From the NCBI GenBank assembly GCA_965222605.1, contig OZ244960.1, forward strand, positions 1,824,001 through 1,888,000: DNA of 64,000 nt, in the 5' to 3' direction. The first letter of the stretch is position 1. Each line of letters starts with the position of its first letter. A model generated the notes under the pieces. That model ran no database searches. It was not told the origin of the DNA and saw nothing but the letters and a program-made list of their open reading frames with translations. This DNA comes from Candidatus Latescibacterota bacterium (GTDB lineage: Bacteria > Latescibacterota > UBA2968). Position numbers and translations under genes: made by a program. Positions 49,402 through 59,092 of the stretch are shown piece after piece.

Positions 49402-51546
49402 ATGCAAAAATCCAAACGCGAAATCACAATTTCCAATCGCTATCTCTACTACTACGCCAGCCTGATCAAACGCATCTACGGTCTGATCATCCGAAATGAA
49501 CACAAAAACCAACCCGACGAGCGTTATATAGGTCATCTGGACGAAGACTCGGTACTGAGTTCCAGGGATGCGACCCATACAAAAGGCAGGCTACCCGGCA
49601 CGCCTGTTCCAGATGAAATTATCCTGTTTCGCTTTCGAAAGCGTCTGCTCCTGGGAACATGTCAGGCCGTCTTATCCCGCAAAATTTCCGAAATCACAGT
49701 TTTATCAGAAGATGGCCGGCGCCTCCGCTTTCACCACACCAACCTCGTTTATCTCACCGGAACCTCATCGTGCGATGTATCCCTCAAAACTTACACTATG
49801 GCCGTCCGCGCTTTGAGTCGGGAAATAGACCTCGAGGCCGTCTGGGAAATCGCCGTTGAATCTGCAACCCCGCTTCCACTTTCAGAAATCGCCGACCTCT
49901 TCTACAACACAGAAATCGATGCCACACAGTGGATCGCCCTCTATCTTCACCTGCACCATGCCTGTCCTTATTTTCAACCTCAATTTTCCAACTCGTATTC
50001 GCCCTATACGGTTGATCAGGCATACTTCCGCCGTCAACACAACAGCCGCAGAAAAGATCGGGATGAAGAACGCGAAGAATTTATCCACGCCATGGCAAAC
50101 AATGCCGAATCCATTGCAGGACATACCCTGACCCAACGCCAGCAAACCTATCTGGAACAGATCCGACAATACGCATTGTGGAGCAGCGAATCCCAACACG
50201 CAACCCAGGCTCAGGCATTGATCGCGGAAATTTGCAAAACCCGAAAAAACCACCAAAAATCTGCAGTCGAATTGCTCATTGAAAAAAAGGTCTGGAATCG
50301 CAATCAAAACCTCGACTTGCTCCGCGCCGAAATTCCAACTGCATTTTCAGACCTCGTCATCCGCCAGACAGAAACACTCGCGCCCACTTGTGGCAACCGC
50401 AAAAAACAACCCGTCTTTGTGATACACCTGCCCGATCATCCGAACATTGCCATCTCATTCCGTCGCAGGCTCTTTAGGGGCGCAGAGTTTGGCGTACACA
50501 TTCCAGATATCGGCGCACTCATTCCCAAAGATTCACACATTGACCGCGACGCTGCCGAGCGCATGGCACATATTCCCTTTCCCGATCAGCCCATTCCCAT
50601 GCTACCCACGCGTTTTGCACATGACCTGGGCCAATTCCAAAGCGACAAAGCGCATCCAGCTCTCAGCATCTTCTGGCGCGTGAACCGGGCTGGCCGCCTC
50701 AAAGATTTTTGTATCGCCCAAACGGCCGCAACCAACAAAGCAGACCTATCACCTGAAAACATCGATCGAGCATTGAACAGTCCCTCTCATCCGCAGCATC
50801 GCGCCATACGATTCTTCTCGCAATTATCCACGCGCCTCCAAAAAAATCGGCAAACGGACATTTACGACCTTGAGGAACAATCACCCCAAAATCACGCGCT
50901 TCGCATTGCCCGTGAACTATCCCTGCTCGCTGGCATCGCTGTCGGTCGGTGGTGTCACAAAAAAGGGATCCCCGCAATTTACGAAATGCGCGATCCCATA
51001 GAAAATGCCGAGTCCATCATACAAATCCCCCACCCCATCGTCCGCCGCCACGAACTTCACCGTCAAACCCCGAACATCGACCTCAACACAACACCAGAAA
51101 CACATCACGGCTATGGCATTTCGCATTATTGTCCCATCACCCAACCCAGCACCCGATACACAGATCTGGTGATGCAACGCCAGATCGATCACTACCTTCA
51201 AGCCGAGCAATACCTTTACTCGGTTGACGACCTCAATACCCTGCGCTATCGCATGTGGGAAACGCAGGACCTCATTGACGGTCTGGTTTATCGCCATACC
51301 CGCAAATTGATGTTACAATCATGGGAAAATAAACTCGGTCGGGAATTTCGCGCCGTTGTTCTTCACCACAAAATGCGCGGTGTCCTCGTCGAACTCCTCG
51401 ACCATCCCTTCAAAACAGTCATCTACCCGGGTTATCCCGTAGAAGTAGGCGACGAAATTGACCTGCGCCTGACGGGTATTGATCGCTGGAAAGGCTGGGC
51501 ACACTTCACGGAAATAAGCGGTCAGCTATCAGCGGTCGGCTTTTAG
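49402..51546 (+). CDS. RNB-domain (RNase II/R-like) protein with degenerate active site
   Basis: GVHIPD, IPMLP, H.GYG..Y..ITQP..RYTDL..QRQ and an S1-like C-terminus. Start uncertain. Confidence 0.8.
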   Translation: MQKSKREITISNRYLYYYASLIKRIYGLIIRNEHKNQPDERYIGHLDEDSVLSSRDATHTKGRLPGTPVPDEIILFRFRKRLLLGTCQAVLSRKISEITVLSEDGRRLRFHHTNLVYLTGTSSCDVSLKTYTMAVRALSREIDLEAVWEIAVESATPLPLSEIADLFYNTEIDATQWIALYLHLHHACPYFQPQFSNSYSPYTVDQAYFRRQHNSRRKDRDEEREEFIHAMANNAESIAGHTLTQRQQTYLEQIRQYALWSSESQHATQAQALIAEICKTRKNHQKSAVELLIEKKVWNRNQNLDLLRAEIPTAFSDLVIRQTETLAPTCGNRKKQPVFVIHLPDHPNIAISFRRRLFRGAEFGVHIPDIGALIPKDSHIDRDAAERMAHIPFPDQPIPMLPTRFAHDLGQFQSDKAHPALSIFWRVNRAGRLKDFCIAQTAATNKADLSPENIDRALNSPSHPQHRAIRFFSQLSTRLQKNRQTDIYDLEEQSPQNHALRIARELSLLAGIAVGRWCHKKGIPAIYEMRDPIENAESIIQIPHPIVRRHELHRQTPNIDLNTTPETHHGYGISHYCPITQPSTRYTDLVMQRQIDHYLQAEQYLYSVDDLNTLRYRMWETQDLIDGLVYRHTRKLMLQSWENKLGREFRAVVLHHKMRGVLVELLDHPFKTVIYPGYPVEVGDEIDLRLTGIDRWKGWAHFTEISGQLSAVGF

Positions 51547-51547
51547 C
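51517..51547 (+). repeat. Heptamer tandem repeat (AGCGGTC/AGCTATC) forming the last codons of the RNB gene
   Basis: agcggtc agctatc agcggtc ggctttt agc. A related copy (agcggtc agccctc ag) lies at 23184-23199. Confidence 0.6.
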
Positions 51548-51568
51548 CTTCGCGGCAGGGATGCCTTC

Positions 51569-52174
51569 TTACTTCCCACCTTTACCTTCCCACGCCGGAT
51601 ACAAATCGTGCTCAATATCCAATAAACTCAAAATTCGGCCAACGACGAAATCCGCTAAATCGTCGAATGTCTCCGGCTTTTGATAAAATGCTGGCATCGC
51701 CGGCACCACAACAGCACCCGCTTCAGCCACCGCCACCATATTGCGCAGTTGGATCAAATTCATGGGCGTCTCGCGCGGCACAATGATGAGCTTGCGGTGT
51801 TCTTTCAACGCGACATCAGCGGCACGCTCAATCAAATTGCGCGATAACCCATGTGCTATGCTCGCCAGTGTTTTCATCGAACACGGCACCACCACCATGC
51901 CATCTGACCGCGCCGAACCACTCGCCAGCGTTGCGGCGAGATTCTTAAGTGGATGCAGTGCCATATTATCTACCGGAACACCGTAAAGTTCCTGAATAAA
52001 CCCGCCAAAATCTTGCTGTTTTCCCTCAAAGCCCGCCTCGTCTCGCAGCAGCATCCAGCCAAATTCGGATATCACCACATCTACCGCAACCTCACGCATC
52101 AGCAATGCGCGCAATGTGCGCAACGCATAAATGGCCCCACTTGCCCCCGTAATTGCAACCGTAATTTGTCTCAT
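51569..52174 (-). CDS. ubiX: Flavin prenyltransferase UbiX family
   Basis: TGASG, ASGS, PCSMKT, RAADV.LKE and PAFY. Confidence 0.95.
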   Translation of the reverse strand: MRQITVAITGASGAIYALRTLRALLMREVAVDVVISEFGWMLLRDEAGFEGKQQDFGGFIQELYGVPVDNMALHPLKNLAATLASGSARSDGMVVVPCSMKTLASIAHGLSRNLIERAADVALKEHRKLIIVPRETPMNLIQLRNMVAVAEAGAVVVPAMPAFYQKPETFDDLADFVVGRILSLLDIEHDLYPAWEGKGGK

Positions 52175-52213
52175 AGCAAACAGGCCCCCAAAATCCCAGA
52201 CAAAGCGAATTGA

Positions 52214-53068
52214 TTACAACAACAAATCGGCCAGCGTCCCCGCAAAATACACCACACTAACCACACCATTCATCGTCAAAGACGCCATGCCCGCCTTTGA
52301 CAAATCCCGGTGTCTCACCAAATAATGCTCGTAAATCAGCAAACCGCCCACGCACACCACGCCAGCTACATAAATCATCCCCAGTTCAAATACCTGGCCC
52401 ACGCACACCATCAAACCAAAAGCAATCAAATGAAATATTCGCGCAATCCACAACGCGGGACCAATCCCAAATTTCTGCGGAATCGAATACACACCAAACT
52501 GTCGATCAAACTCGGCATCCTGACAGGCGTAAATCACGTCAAACCCCGCGACCCACATCAACACCGCGCCGCCGAGCAGCAAAATTTCCGCATCCAATTG
52601 TCCCGTCACTGCAATCCACGCCCCCACTGGCGCGACCGACAATGCCAAACCGAGAAAAAGCTGCGTAGCCCACGTAAATCGCTTCGTATAAGAATAAAAA
52701 AACACAATACCCAATGCCACGGGCGACAGCATCAAACACAGTGGATTTAACTTATAAGCCGCAAAAACGAGTAGCGCAGAAAAAACGCACACAAACACTT
52801 TCACAGTACCAGCAGAAATAATCCCCTGGGGCAACTCGCGATTGACCGTGCGCGGATTGGCCGCATCCATTTTCCGATCCACAAGCCGATTAAAACCCAT
52901 GGCCGCACTTCTCGCGCCCACCATCGCCACCACAATCCAGAACACCTGTGCGGACGAAATCCCGTGTCCAGCCGCCGCCAATGCCGCGCCCGAAAGCGCG
53001 AATGGCAAAGCAAAAATACTGTGGCCGAATTTAATCATCCGGCCATAAGTGACAATACCCTCAACCAT
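52214..53068 (-). CDS. UbiA-like polyprenyltransferase (MqnP-like)
   Basis: HSIFALPFA, ARSAAMGFNRLVD, NPRT..R, YSYTKR and GFDVIYACQD. Confidence 0.9.
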   Translation of the reverse strand: MVEGIVTYGRMIKFGHSIFALPFALSGAALAAAGHGISSAQVFWIVVAMVGARSAAMGFNRLVDRKMDAANPRTVNRELPQGIISAGTVKVFVCVFSALLVFAAYKLNPLCLMLSPVALGIVFFYSYTKRFTWATQLFLGLALSVAPVGAWIAVTGQLDAEILLLGGAVLMWVAGFDVIYACQDAEFDRQFGVYSIPQKFGIGPALWIARIFHLIAFGLMVCVGQVFELGMIYVAGVVCVGGLLIYEHYLVRHRDLSKAGMASLTMNGVVSVVYFAGTLADLLL

Positions 53069-53081
53069 CCCTGCACGCCTC

Positions 53082-53945
53082 TTATCTTTGCCTGATAAAC
53101 TTTTGCAATCGGCCATCAGTCTGCACTTCCCCCACGTACAAATCGCCGTGTGAATCCAGCCAGATACCGTGCGGACACTTTTTGAACTCACCCGGGGTAT
53201 CGCTTTCAACACCGCGCCCCCACTCAGACAATTTCTCGCCATCAACCGTCCAGATACTCACCCGCTGATCCAACTCCGCGATATAAACTACGCCATCCTC
53301 GTCATCAATATAAACGGTATCGGGTTGGTGTAAGCCCGTCCACTCGCCCTGGAAATTGCCCTCGGTATCGAAAAATTGAATGCGATTATTGCTCCGATCT
53401 GCCACCCACAAACGGTCATCTTTATCGACCCGAACACTATGCACCAGATCAAATTGCCCCGGCCCGGTACCCGGTTCACCCCAGGACTTAATCAACTCAC
53501 CATCGGGTGTAAACTTGTGCATTCTCGCATTGCCATACCCATCGGACACATACATAAACCCCTGAGAATCAAACGCGACATCGGTCGGCAACCGAAACGG
53601 CTCACCCTCATCGCCTTCCCGATCGGGCGTCCCCACCGTCATCAACAACTCGCCATCACAGCTAAACTTTCGCAAACAATGCGTATTGCGCTCCACACAA
53701 TAGACGTGATCCTCTGCGTCGATATAAATACCGTGCGCGTCTTTTAACACATCTTCGCCCCACGAAGACAAAAAATTGCCTTCGCGATCAAATACCACCA
53801 TCGGGTGCTCGCTGCGGCTGTACACATAAACGCGGTCCTGCGAATCAACAGCCACCGCCGGTACCCATCCAAACGACCAGCCATCGGGCAGCGTCCACCA
53901 ATTTTCCTCCACCGTATAGACATAATCACCTTGTCCAAACGTCAT
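53082..53945 (-). CDS. NHL-repeat beta-propeller (PAL-like) protein
   Basis: Repeated P.DVA.D, YVSDGYGN and WG..G..PG.F..PH. Confidence 0.88.
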   Translation of the reverse strand: MTFGQGDYVYTVEENWWTLPDGWSFGWVPAVAVDSQDRVYVYSRSEHPMVVFDREGNFLSSWGEDVLKDAHGIYIDAEDHVYCVERNTHCLRKFSCDGELLMTVGTPDREGDEGEPFRLPTDVAFDSQGFMYVSDGYGNARMHKFTPDGELIKSWGEPGTGPGQFDLVHSVRVDKDDRLWVADRSNNRIQFFDTEGNFQGEWTGLHQPDTVYIDDEDGVVYIAELDQRVSIWTVDGEKLSEWGRGVESDTPGEFKKCPHGIWLDSHGDLYVGEVQTDGRLQKFIRQR

Positions 53946-54057
53946 TACTTCCTCCTTGTCAGGTAAGAGAGGCATCCCTGCCTCGACATTGTAGTTTCAC
54001 ACACTCGCACACCAGTCACACGCCATTGCAATATACACCACAATTTGAGGCTAAAAA

Positions 54058-54091
54058 GAAAAAAAGCTCTGGAAATCCAGAGCTTTTTTTC
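54058..54091 (-). terminator. Intrinsic terminator
   Basis: AAAAAGCTCTGGA-aa-TCCAGAGCTTTTTT. Confidence 0.8.
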
Positions 54092-54112
54092 ATTCTTTGA
54101 GATTATCGCATA

Positions 54113-56614
54113 TTACGCGCTTACCGTTCTTCCGAAAACACTGGTAAACAAAATAAAATCGCCAAAATTGACCTGTCCATCCCCATTTAAGTCAAAACGC
54201 GCATCGGGATTCTCAGCACTAAAAGCGGCAACAAACAGGAGAAAATCGCCAAAGTCGATCTTGCCGCTACCATCGAAATCCGCTCGACCGGCTATCTCCC
54301 GCAAAGGCAGAAACACAGCCGGCTGAGAGCGCACCGCTATACCGCGCGGCCTATCCTCAAAACTCAGTGTTCTCAAAATCTGAAGCGACTCCGCGTCAAA
54401 AATAACCAGATCATTCGATTCCTGGTTCGCTACATACACCTGCGAACCGTCGCGTGACACATACAAATCGCGCGTCTCTTCACCTTCAGGCAAAACTTTT
54501 ACAGTATTCACAACGCGATTTTGCGCCACATCGACGACGACCAATTGGGCATTCGAGCGGTCTGTTGCATATAACCGCGAGCCATCTGGCGATAAGGCGA
54601 GACGAAATATCCCGGCATCTATAAGAATCGTTGTCACCACAGACTCCGACTCGGTATCAATCACCGCAATACCGCCGCCGCCATCGTCACCGAAGTCCCC
54701 CCCCGACACATACAACCGCTTTCCATCTGCAGATATAACCAGTGAGCGGGGTTCCTCAATCACATCAATGCGCCCAACCGTTGCCCTGCGTGCGGTATCG
54801 ACAACCAGCACTTGATTGCCGTCAATATCTGTGACATAAAGCCGCTTCCCATTTGGGTGAATCGCCACGCCATAAGGGCCGCGTGCAACTGGCACCCGAA
54901 TGCGATTGCGCACAGTCAAACTCGCCACCTCAATAACCGAAATACTCTTAGACTGTGAATTGGTGACATAGACCCACTGCCCATCTGCGCTCAAAGTGAG
55001 ATCCAAAGGCGCATTGTCAACTTCAATGCTCGCCGCCACCTGATGTGTGGCGGTCTCGATAACAGTAACCCGATTCTCCGATGTATTGACGCCCCCCCCC
55101 GAATTGGCGACAAACAAATAGCGCTGATCCGGCGTCATCAAAACACTTAAGGGATCCGAACCAGTGGGAATGCGCGCCACCTCTTCGCCCGGTCCCATAT
55201 CGATAGCGGCCACTACATCTTCATCTCGCAATGCAACAAAAAGTATGGGCGATCCAGAAAGGGATATTACATCGAATTGTAACATGGGCAATTCAGATGT
55301 CGGTGAAGGCGTTTCATTGCCATCGCCATCTCGCGCAATCACCCGATATTCAACCCTCGATCCCACACTCTGTCCGTCAATTTCAACGGCAAAAATATCG
55401 TTACTCGTCTGGACCATTGGCAGCACCTGCACACCCCCACCATTGATCTGATAATGCAATTCGACATTTGTAACCCCGTTATCATCGGTCACTCTTGCCG
55501 AAAAGCGATAGGGGCCATTGGGATCGGGCGTATTAGCTGGAAAAATAGTCTCCCGAATAAAGGGCGCGCCTGGCGCAGAAGGCCCAATTGCGAAGTCGAT
55601 GTTTTCTATCACGCGATCGATTTCAACGCGTATAATTTGGGCGTTAGGCTGCAAAAACGCATTATTATAGTACTCTTTGTCTAATCTTTCATCAAATAAC
55701 GTCTGAAAAATACCGCCAAAATTATCAGCAGAAATTGCGCGATGGTGTGGCTCAATCGCAATGTGGTAATCGCCCGGAGGCAACCCGAGAATTTCATACC
55801 GACCATCGCCATTGGCTCCCTTTTGATCACCGGCCGTCCCCGACAGAGAACTCGCCACAAACATCTCGGTTCCCGCCTGATAAGCCACCACATGCACGCC
55901 AAATACAGGTCCATCGGCATCCAAGACCTGCCCACGCACCCCACCGGTCAGTCCTTCCACCGGATATATTGCCGTTATCCCGGCGAGGTCATCGGGTTCC
56001 AGAGAACGCTCCTCACGCGGCGCCGAGGCCGTATTATAGGGATACATCGTAGGACGCTCTTCGGGTTCTCCCACCAGAGGAGAGTGATCCAGCCCCAAAA
56101 GATGGCCGATTTCATGCGTCATCACACCCTGAAGATCGGTCAGATCCTCAGGCGTGTTATTTTCCTCAATCGAAAACTGATGATCTCGCCCATTAAAAAC
56201 AATATCCACATCCGTAATAAAACCGTCGTCGTTATTGATGACCCGGGCAATTGCAATGACCCCTGAACCCTCGGGTGCTCCTACAACCTCTCCCGTCGCA
56301 TCGTAAATAATCACATTGCGATTATCATTTCCCGACGCTTCAAGCTGTGCTGTACCTTCATATTCAAATGTAATAAATGCCGATGGCACTGCACCCCAGT
56401 CGTTAAACCCCTGCTGTGCAATCCGTACCACCTCGGCTTCGGGAAAGGGAAAACTCCCGGCATTGACCACAAAGGGAATACCAGCCCCAGCCCGAGAAGG
56501 TGACCAGCGCTTTGTCACAATACGCCCACGAGAATTTTGTTCTGTTAGAATCACATACCCCTCTGCACCAACCCACAGAGCGAGCAGAAGGCCAAAAACG
56601 CACATTTTTTTCAC
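54113..56614 (-). CDS. Secreted matrixin-type metalloprotease with beta-sandwich domains, YVTN beta-propeller and EF-hand/dockerin-like tail
   Basis: HEIGHLLGLDH with Met-turn PTMYP; YVTN-like repeats; DFDGSGKIDFGDF...DLNGDGQVNFGDF. Signal peptide follows GTG 56614. Confidence 0.88.
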   Translation of the reverse strand: MKKMCVFGLLLALWVGAEGYVILTEQNSRGRIVTKRWSPSRAGAGIPFVVNAGSFPFPEAEVVRIAQQGFNDWGAVPSAFITFEYEGTAQLEASGNDNRNVIIYDATGEVVGAPEGSGVIAIARVINNDDGFITDVDIVFNGRDHQFSIEENNTPEDLTDLQGVMTHEIGHLLGLDHSPLVGEPEERPTMYPYNTASAPREERSLEPDDLAGITAIYPVEGLTGGVRGQVLDADGPVFGVHVVAYQAGTEMFVASSLSGTAGDQKGANGDGRYEILGLPPGDYHIAIEPHHRAISADNFGGIFQTLFDERLDKEYYNNAFLQPNAQIIRVEIDRVIENIDFAIGPSAPGAPFIRETIFPANTPDPNGPYRFSARVTDDNGVTNVELHYQINGGGVQVLPMVQTSNDIFAVEIDGQSVGSRVEYRVIARDGDGNETPSPTSELPMLQFDVISLSGSPILFVALRDEDVVAAIDMGPGEEVARIPTGSDPLSVLMTPDQRYLFVANSGGGVNTSENRVTVIETATHQVAASIEVDNAPLDLTLSADGQWVYVTNSQSKSISVIEVASLTVRNRIRVPVARGPYGVAIHPNGKRLYVTDIDGNQVLVVDTARRATVGRIDVIEEPRSLVISADGKRLYVSGGDFGDDGGGGIAVIDTESESVVTTILIDAGIFRLALSPDGSRLYATDRSNAQLVVVDVAQNRVVNTVKVLPEGEETRDLYVSRDGSQVYVANQESNDLVIFDAESLQILRTLSFEDRPRGIAVRSQPAVFLPLREIAGRADFDGSGKIDFGDFLLFVAAFSAENPDARFDLNGDGQVNFGDFILFTSVFGRTVSA

Positions 56615-56618
56615 AATA

Positions 56619-57011
56619 TTAATCCCTATTTTGGAGTACTGGTTCCGATTCCCTTGCATCCACCACCCACACCTCGGCTTTGCCATCTCGATCAAAATCC
56701 GCTTCCGCATACGCCACGAAGCCATCCTCTGAAACGGTCACCCGATAGCGAAATCGTCCGGGCGCATTATTGAGTTGTAAAATACGACCGTTAATTTTTT
56801 CATCAATAGGCAAATAAGTGCCGTATTCTGCGCGATATGCATGTTCTAAAGCCGCAATGCGTTGCAACATAATACGGGCGCGTTCCCGCTCTGCGTCTTC
56901 GGGCGTGCGATATGTAAATTGATAAATCAACACCACACACATCAATACCACAAGACCAATAACAATACCCACTTCATGCAACTGATCTCGATATTTCCAA
57001 AAGAACATCAC
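56619..57011 (-). CDS. Type IV pilin-like (PilE-like) membrane protein
   Basis: N-terminal hydrophobic helix, then A...L..I...E.AY..EYG.Y and F.A.A..D.D.DG....W. Confidence 0.6.
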   Translation of the reverse strand: MMFFWKYRDQLHEVGIVIGLVVLMCVVLIYQFTYRTPEDAERERARIMLQRIAALEHAYRAEYGTYLPIDEKINGRILQLNNAPGRFRYRVTVSEDGFVAYAEADFDRDGKAEVWVVDARESEPVLQNRD

Positions 57012-58708
57012 GGATTCTCCTCACTGGCTGGCAACATCCACCAGATTTTGGATTCCAACTGTCCGACCTCCGTCTCCCACCGCGCCCGCACCTCTACCGT
57101 ATCGGCATGTGCGATCAGAGGCTCTGCGGGCAAAAACGGATGGATTTGTCCAGACATCCACTGACCATTGCGATCGCGATCTAAAAATCCAGAAATGCGA
57201 TACGTCCCCGGAAGCAAATTTGTCAAACTAAACGTCGTATCCTGCAAAACCTGTTCCCGAAAAAAATCATGTGCCAATCCCTCCACCCATACTACCACAT
57301 CAGCAGAAGACATCGTCCCAGAAACGCGCCCCAGTGCCGCGGTGTCCATCACAGAAAAAACAAACGAAATTGGTTCAGAGAGGACATTGCCACCAATATC
57401 CAATAGCCTTTCGCGATTTCCAATGAGTCGGATCGTCTCACCACTCGTCCACAGATTATCCGGTGTAAACACGAGATGATTGGGCGCAACCCATTCAAAA
57501 TATCCCTGGGGAACAACTGTCGAATCCGACGCCATCCAAAAGTCGGACACGGGATATAGACGCATCGCATCGGAAAACAACATGCGAATTACAGCCGTGG
57601 GCAAAACGTTCTCTGCATTCTCTGCCGGCGCGATAGCCAGCACCTCTGGCGCGCGTCGATCGCGCGTACCATCGCCTCGCACGGTTGCATCTGTGGTATC
57701 GCGATTGCCCCACCGATCTACAATATCAACCCGCGCCGTGTATTCCACACCCTGAGTTTGCAGTCCGGTAATCAACCCCACCCCGCTCGAGTCAACGGGA
57801 TCTTGATATATCTCCAACACCGATAGGTCAGATATTTCAATGTCTAAAACGCGCACCGGTTCATCAAATCGCATCAAAATATGCTGTTGATCGGGTGTGC
57901 GCGCAGCAACGAGAGCAGGTGCTGAGGTATCGCGCACCGCGAGTTTGAGATCGCCCAGGCGAACGCGCCCCTCATCGGTGAGCACCACATCGCCCGGCGG
58001 AAGAGCCAACCAGTCGCCAGATGAATACGTGCGATCATTATTCTGATCGCCAAAAGCAAATATGCGATAGTTCCCAGAACCCAAACGCGGCAATACAAAA
58101 TGACCCATTTCATCGGGCTGCGTCACATAAGTGGGGCGGTCTCTTCCCGGATCGGGTGCCGCCACCACAGAGAGATCATAAGCCCAAACAAAAACCTGTC
58201 CTGTCTGTCCCTTAGACTTCAACACCCGCCCGTTGAGTTCCCCGCGATTTAAGCGATCCCCTGTCGCAAATCCAAAACTATAAGAAGACCGCATGCGGTT
58301 GCGCCACTCATCCGCGCTTTCCTGCCCCACCGTGACCAGATACGTTCGGTCAGCTTGCAAGCCATCGGGCAATCGAATCTCCAACACATCTCTACGCCAT
58401 CGAAAATCGAGTTCCCGAGCGCTCTGCGGCGAAATAAATAATGCGCGCTCGACCGACCTGCGATCCATCCCCTCTGAAAAGCGAATGCGAATCGGCGTAT
58501 CCAACCCGACTCGCACAGAATCATCCGCAGGCACTGTATCAACCACCCTCGGCGGCGTTTTATCGGGTGGTCCCCCCGGCGGAGGCATCTGCCGCGCACA
58601 GGCAAAAAAAAGAAAAAAGAAAAAAAGGTAAGACGTGAGACGTGAGATGGGAGATGCTCCCCCAAACCCGCCCCGTAAACTTATCGCCAATCCCCGTTCA
58701 TAGTTCAT
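57008..58708 (-). CDS. Ig-like (Big_5) domain lipoprotein
   Basis: FFAC lipobox, PPGGPPD.TPP and repeated D..AP.V...P / I.I.FSE motifs. Confidence 0.85.
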   Translation of the reverse strand: MNYERGLAISLRGGFGGASPISRLTSYLFFFFLFFACARQMPPPGGPPDKTPPRVVDTVPADDSVRVGLDTPIRIRFSEGMDRRSVERALFISPQSARELDFRWRRDVLEIRLPDGLQADRTYLVTVGQESADEWRNRMRSSYSFGFATGDRLNRGELNGRVLKSKGQTGQVFVWAYDLSVVAAPDPGRDRPTYVTQPDEMGHFVLPRLGSGNYRIFAFGDQNNDRTYSSGDWLALPPGDVVLTDEGRVRLGDLKLAVRDTSAPALVAARTPDQQHILMRFDEPVRVLDIEISDLSVLEIYQDPVDSSGVGLITGLQTQGVEYTARVDIVDRWGNRDTTDATVRGDGTRDRRAPEVLAIAPAENAENVLPTAVIRMLFSDAMRLYPVSDFWMASDSTVVPQGYFEWVAPNHLVFTPDNLWTSGETIRLIGNRERLLDIGGNVLSEPISFVFSVMDTAALGRVSGTMSSADVVVWVEGLAHDFFREQVLQDTTFSLTNLLPGTYRISGFLDRDRNGQWMSGQIHPFLPAEPLIAHADTVEVRARWETEVGQLESKIWWMLPASEENP

Positions 58709-58725
58709 GACTCGCCACACTCGTT

Positions 58726-58747
58726 GTAGGCTTCGCCTGTGGCCTAC
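58726..58747 (+). repeat. GTAG-type REP-like palindrome
   Basis: GTAGGC-ttcgcctgtg-GCCTAC directly abutting the MITE end. Confidence 0.5.
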
Positions 58748-58748
58748 T

Positions 58749-59080
58749 AACTGATGTTACGCAACTTAAAGAAGATTTGCGTTGCTTGTCAAAAGCATGA
58801 GGTGATAATTCCACCTTTTTTATCTTTGTTCTGCCTTCGGCGACCTCCTTTTTGTCAACAGCCACAAAAAGGAGGCAAAAAAGGCCGCTCTCAATCGCCG
58901 AGGGGCTAGCACAGCGCAAATCGTTTCTGTGGCACAACATCATGTTGTGGCCTTCAAAGTTCAAAAAAATTGGTGTTCGGTGCGAATCGGACTTGCGCGC
59001 TGTGCGTAATGGCTTTGACTGATGACTTCTGTGATCGTGTGTTTTGTGATGGCTTATCTGAGTACTGCGTAACATCAGTT
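58749..59080. mobile_element. MITE-like non-autonomous element (~332 bp)
   Basis: Perfect 15-bp terminal inverted repeat AACTGATGTTACGCA (58749-58763 and 59066-59080); internal hairpins (CCTCCTTTTTGT..ACAAAAAGGAGG, CACAACAT.ATGTTGTG); no credible CDS. No target duplication found. Confidence 0.7.
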
Positions 59081-59092
59081 CCCAATTGCCTT

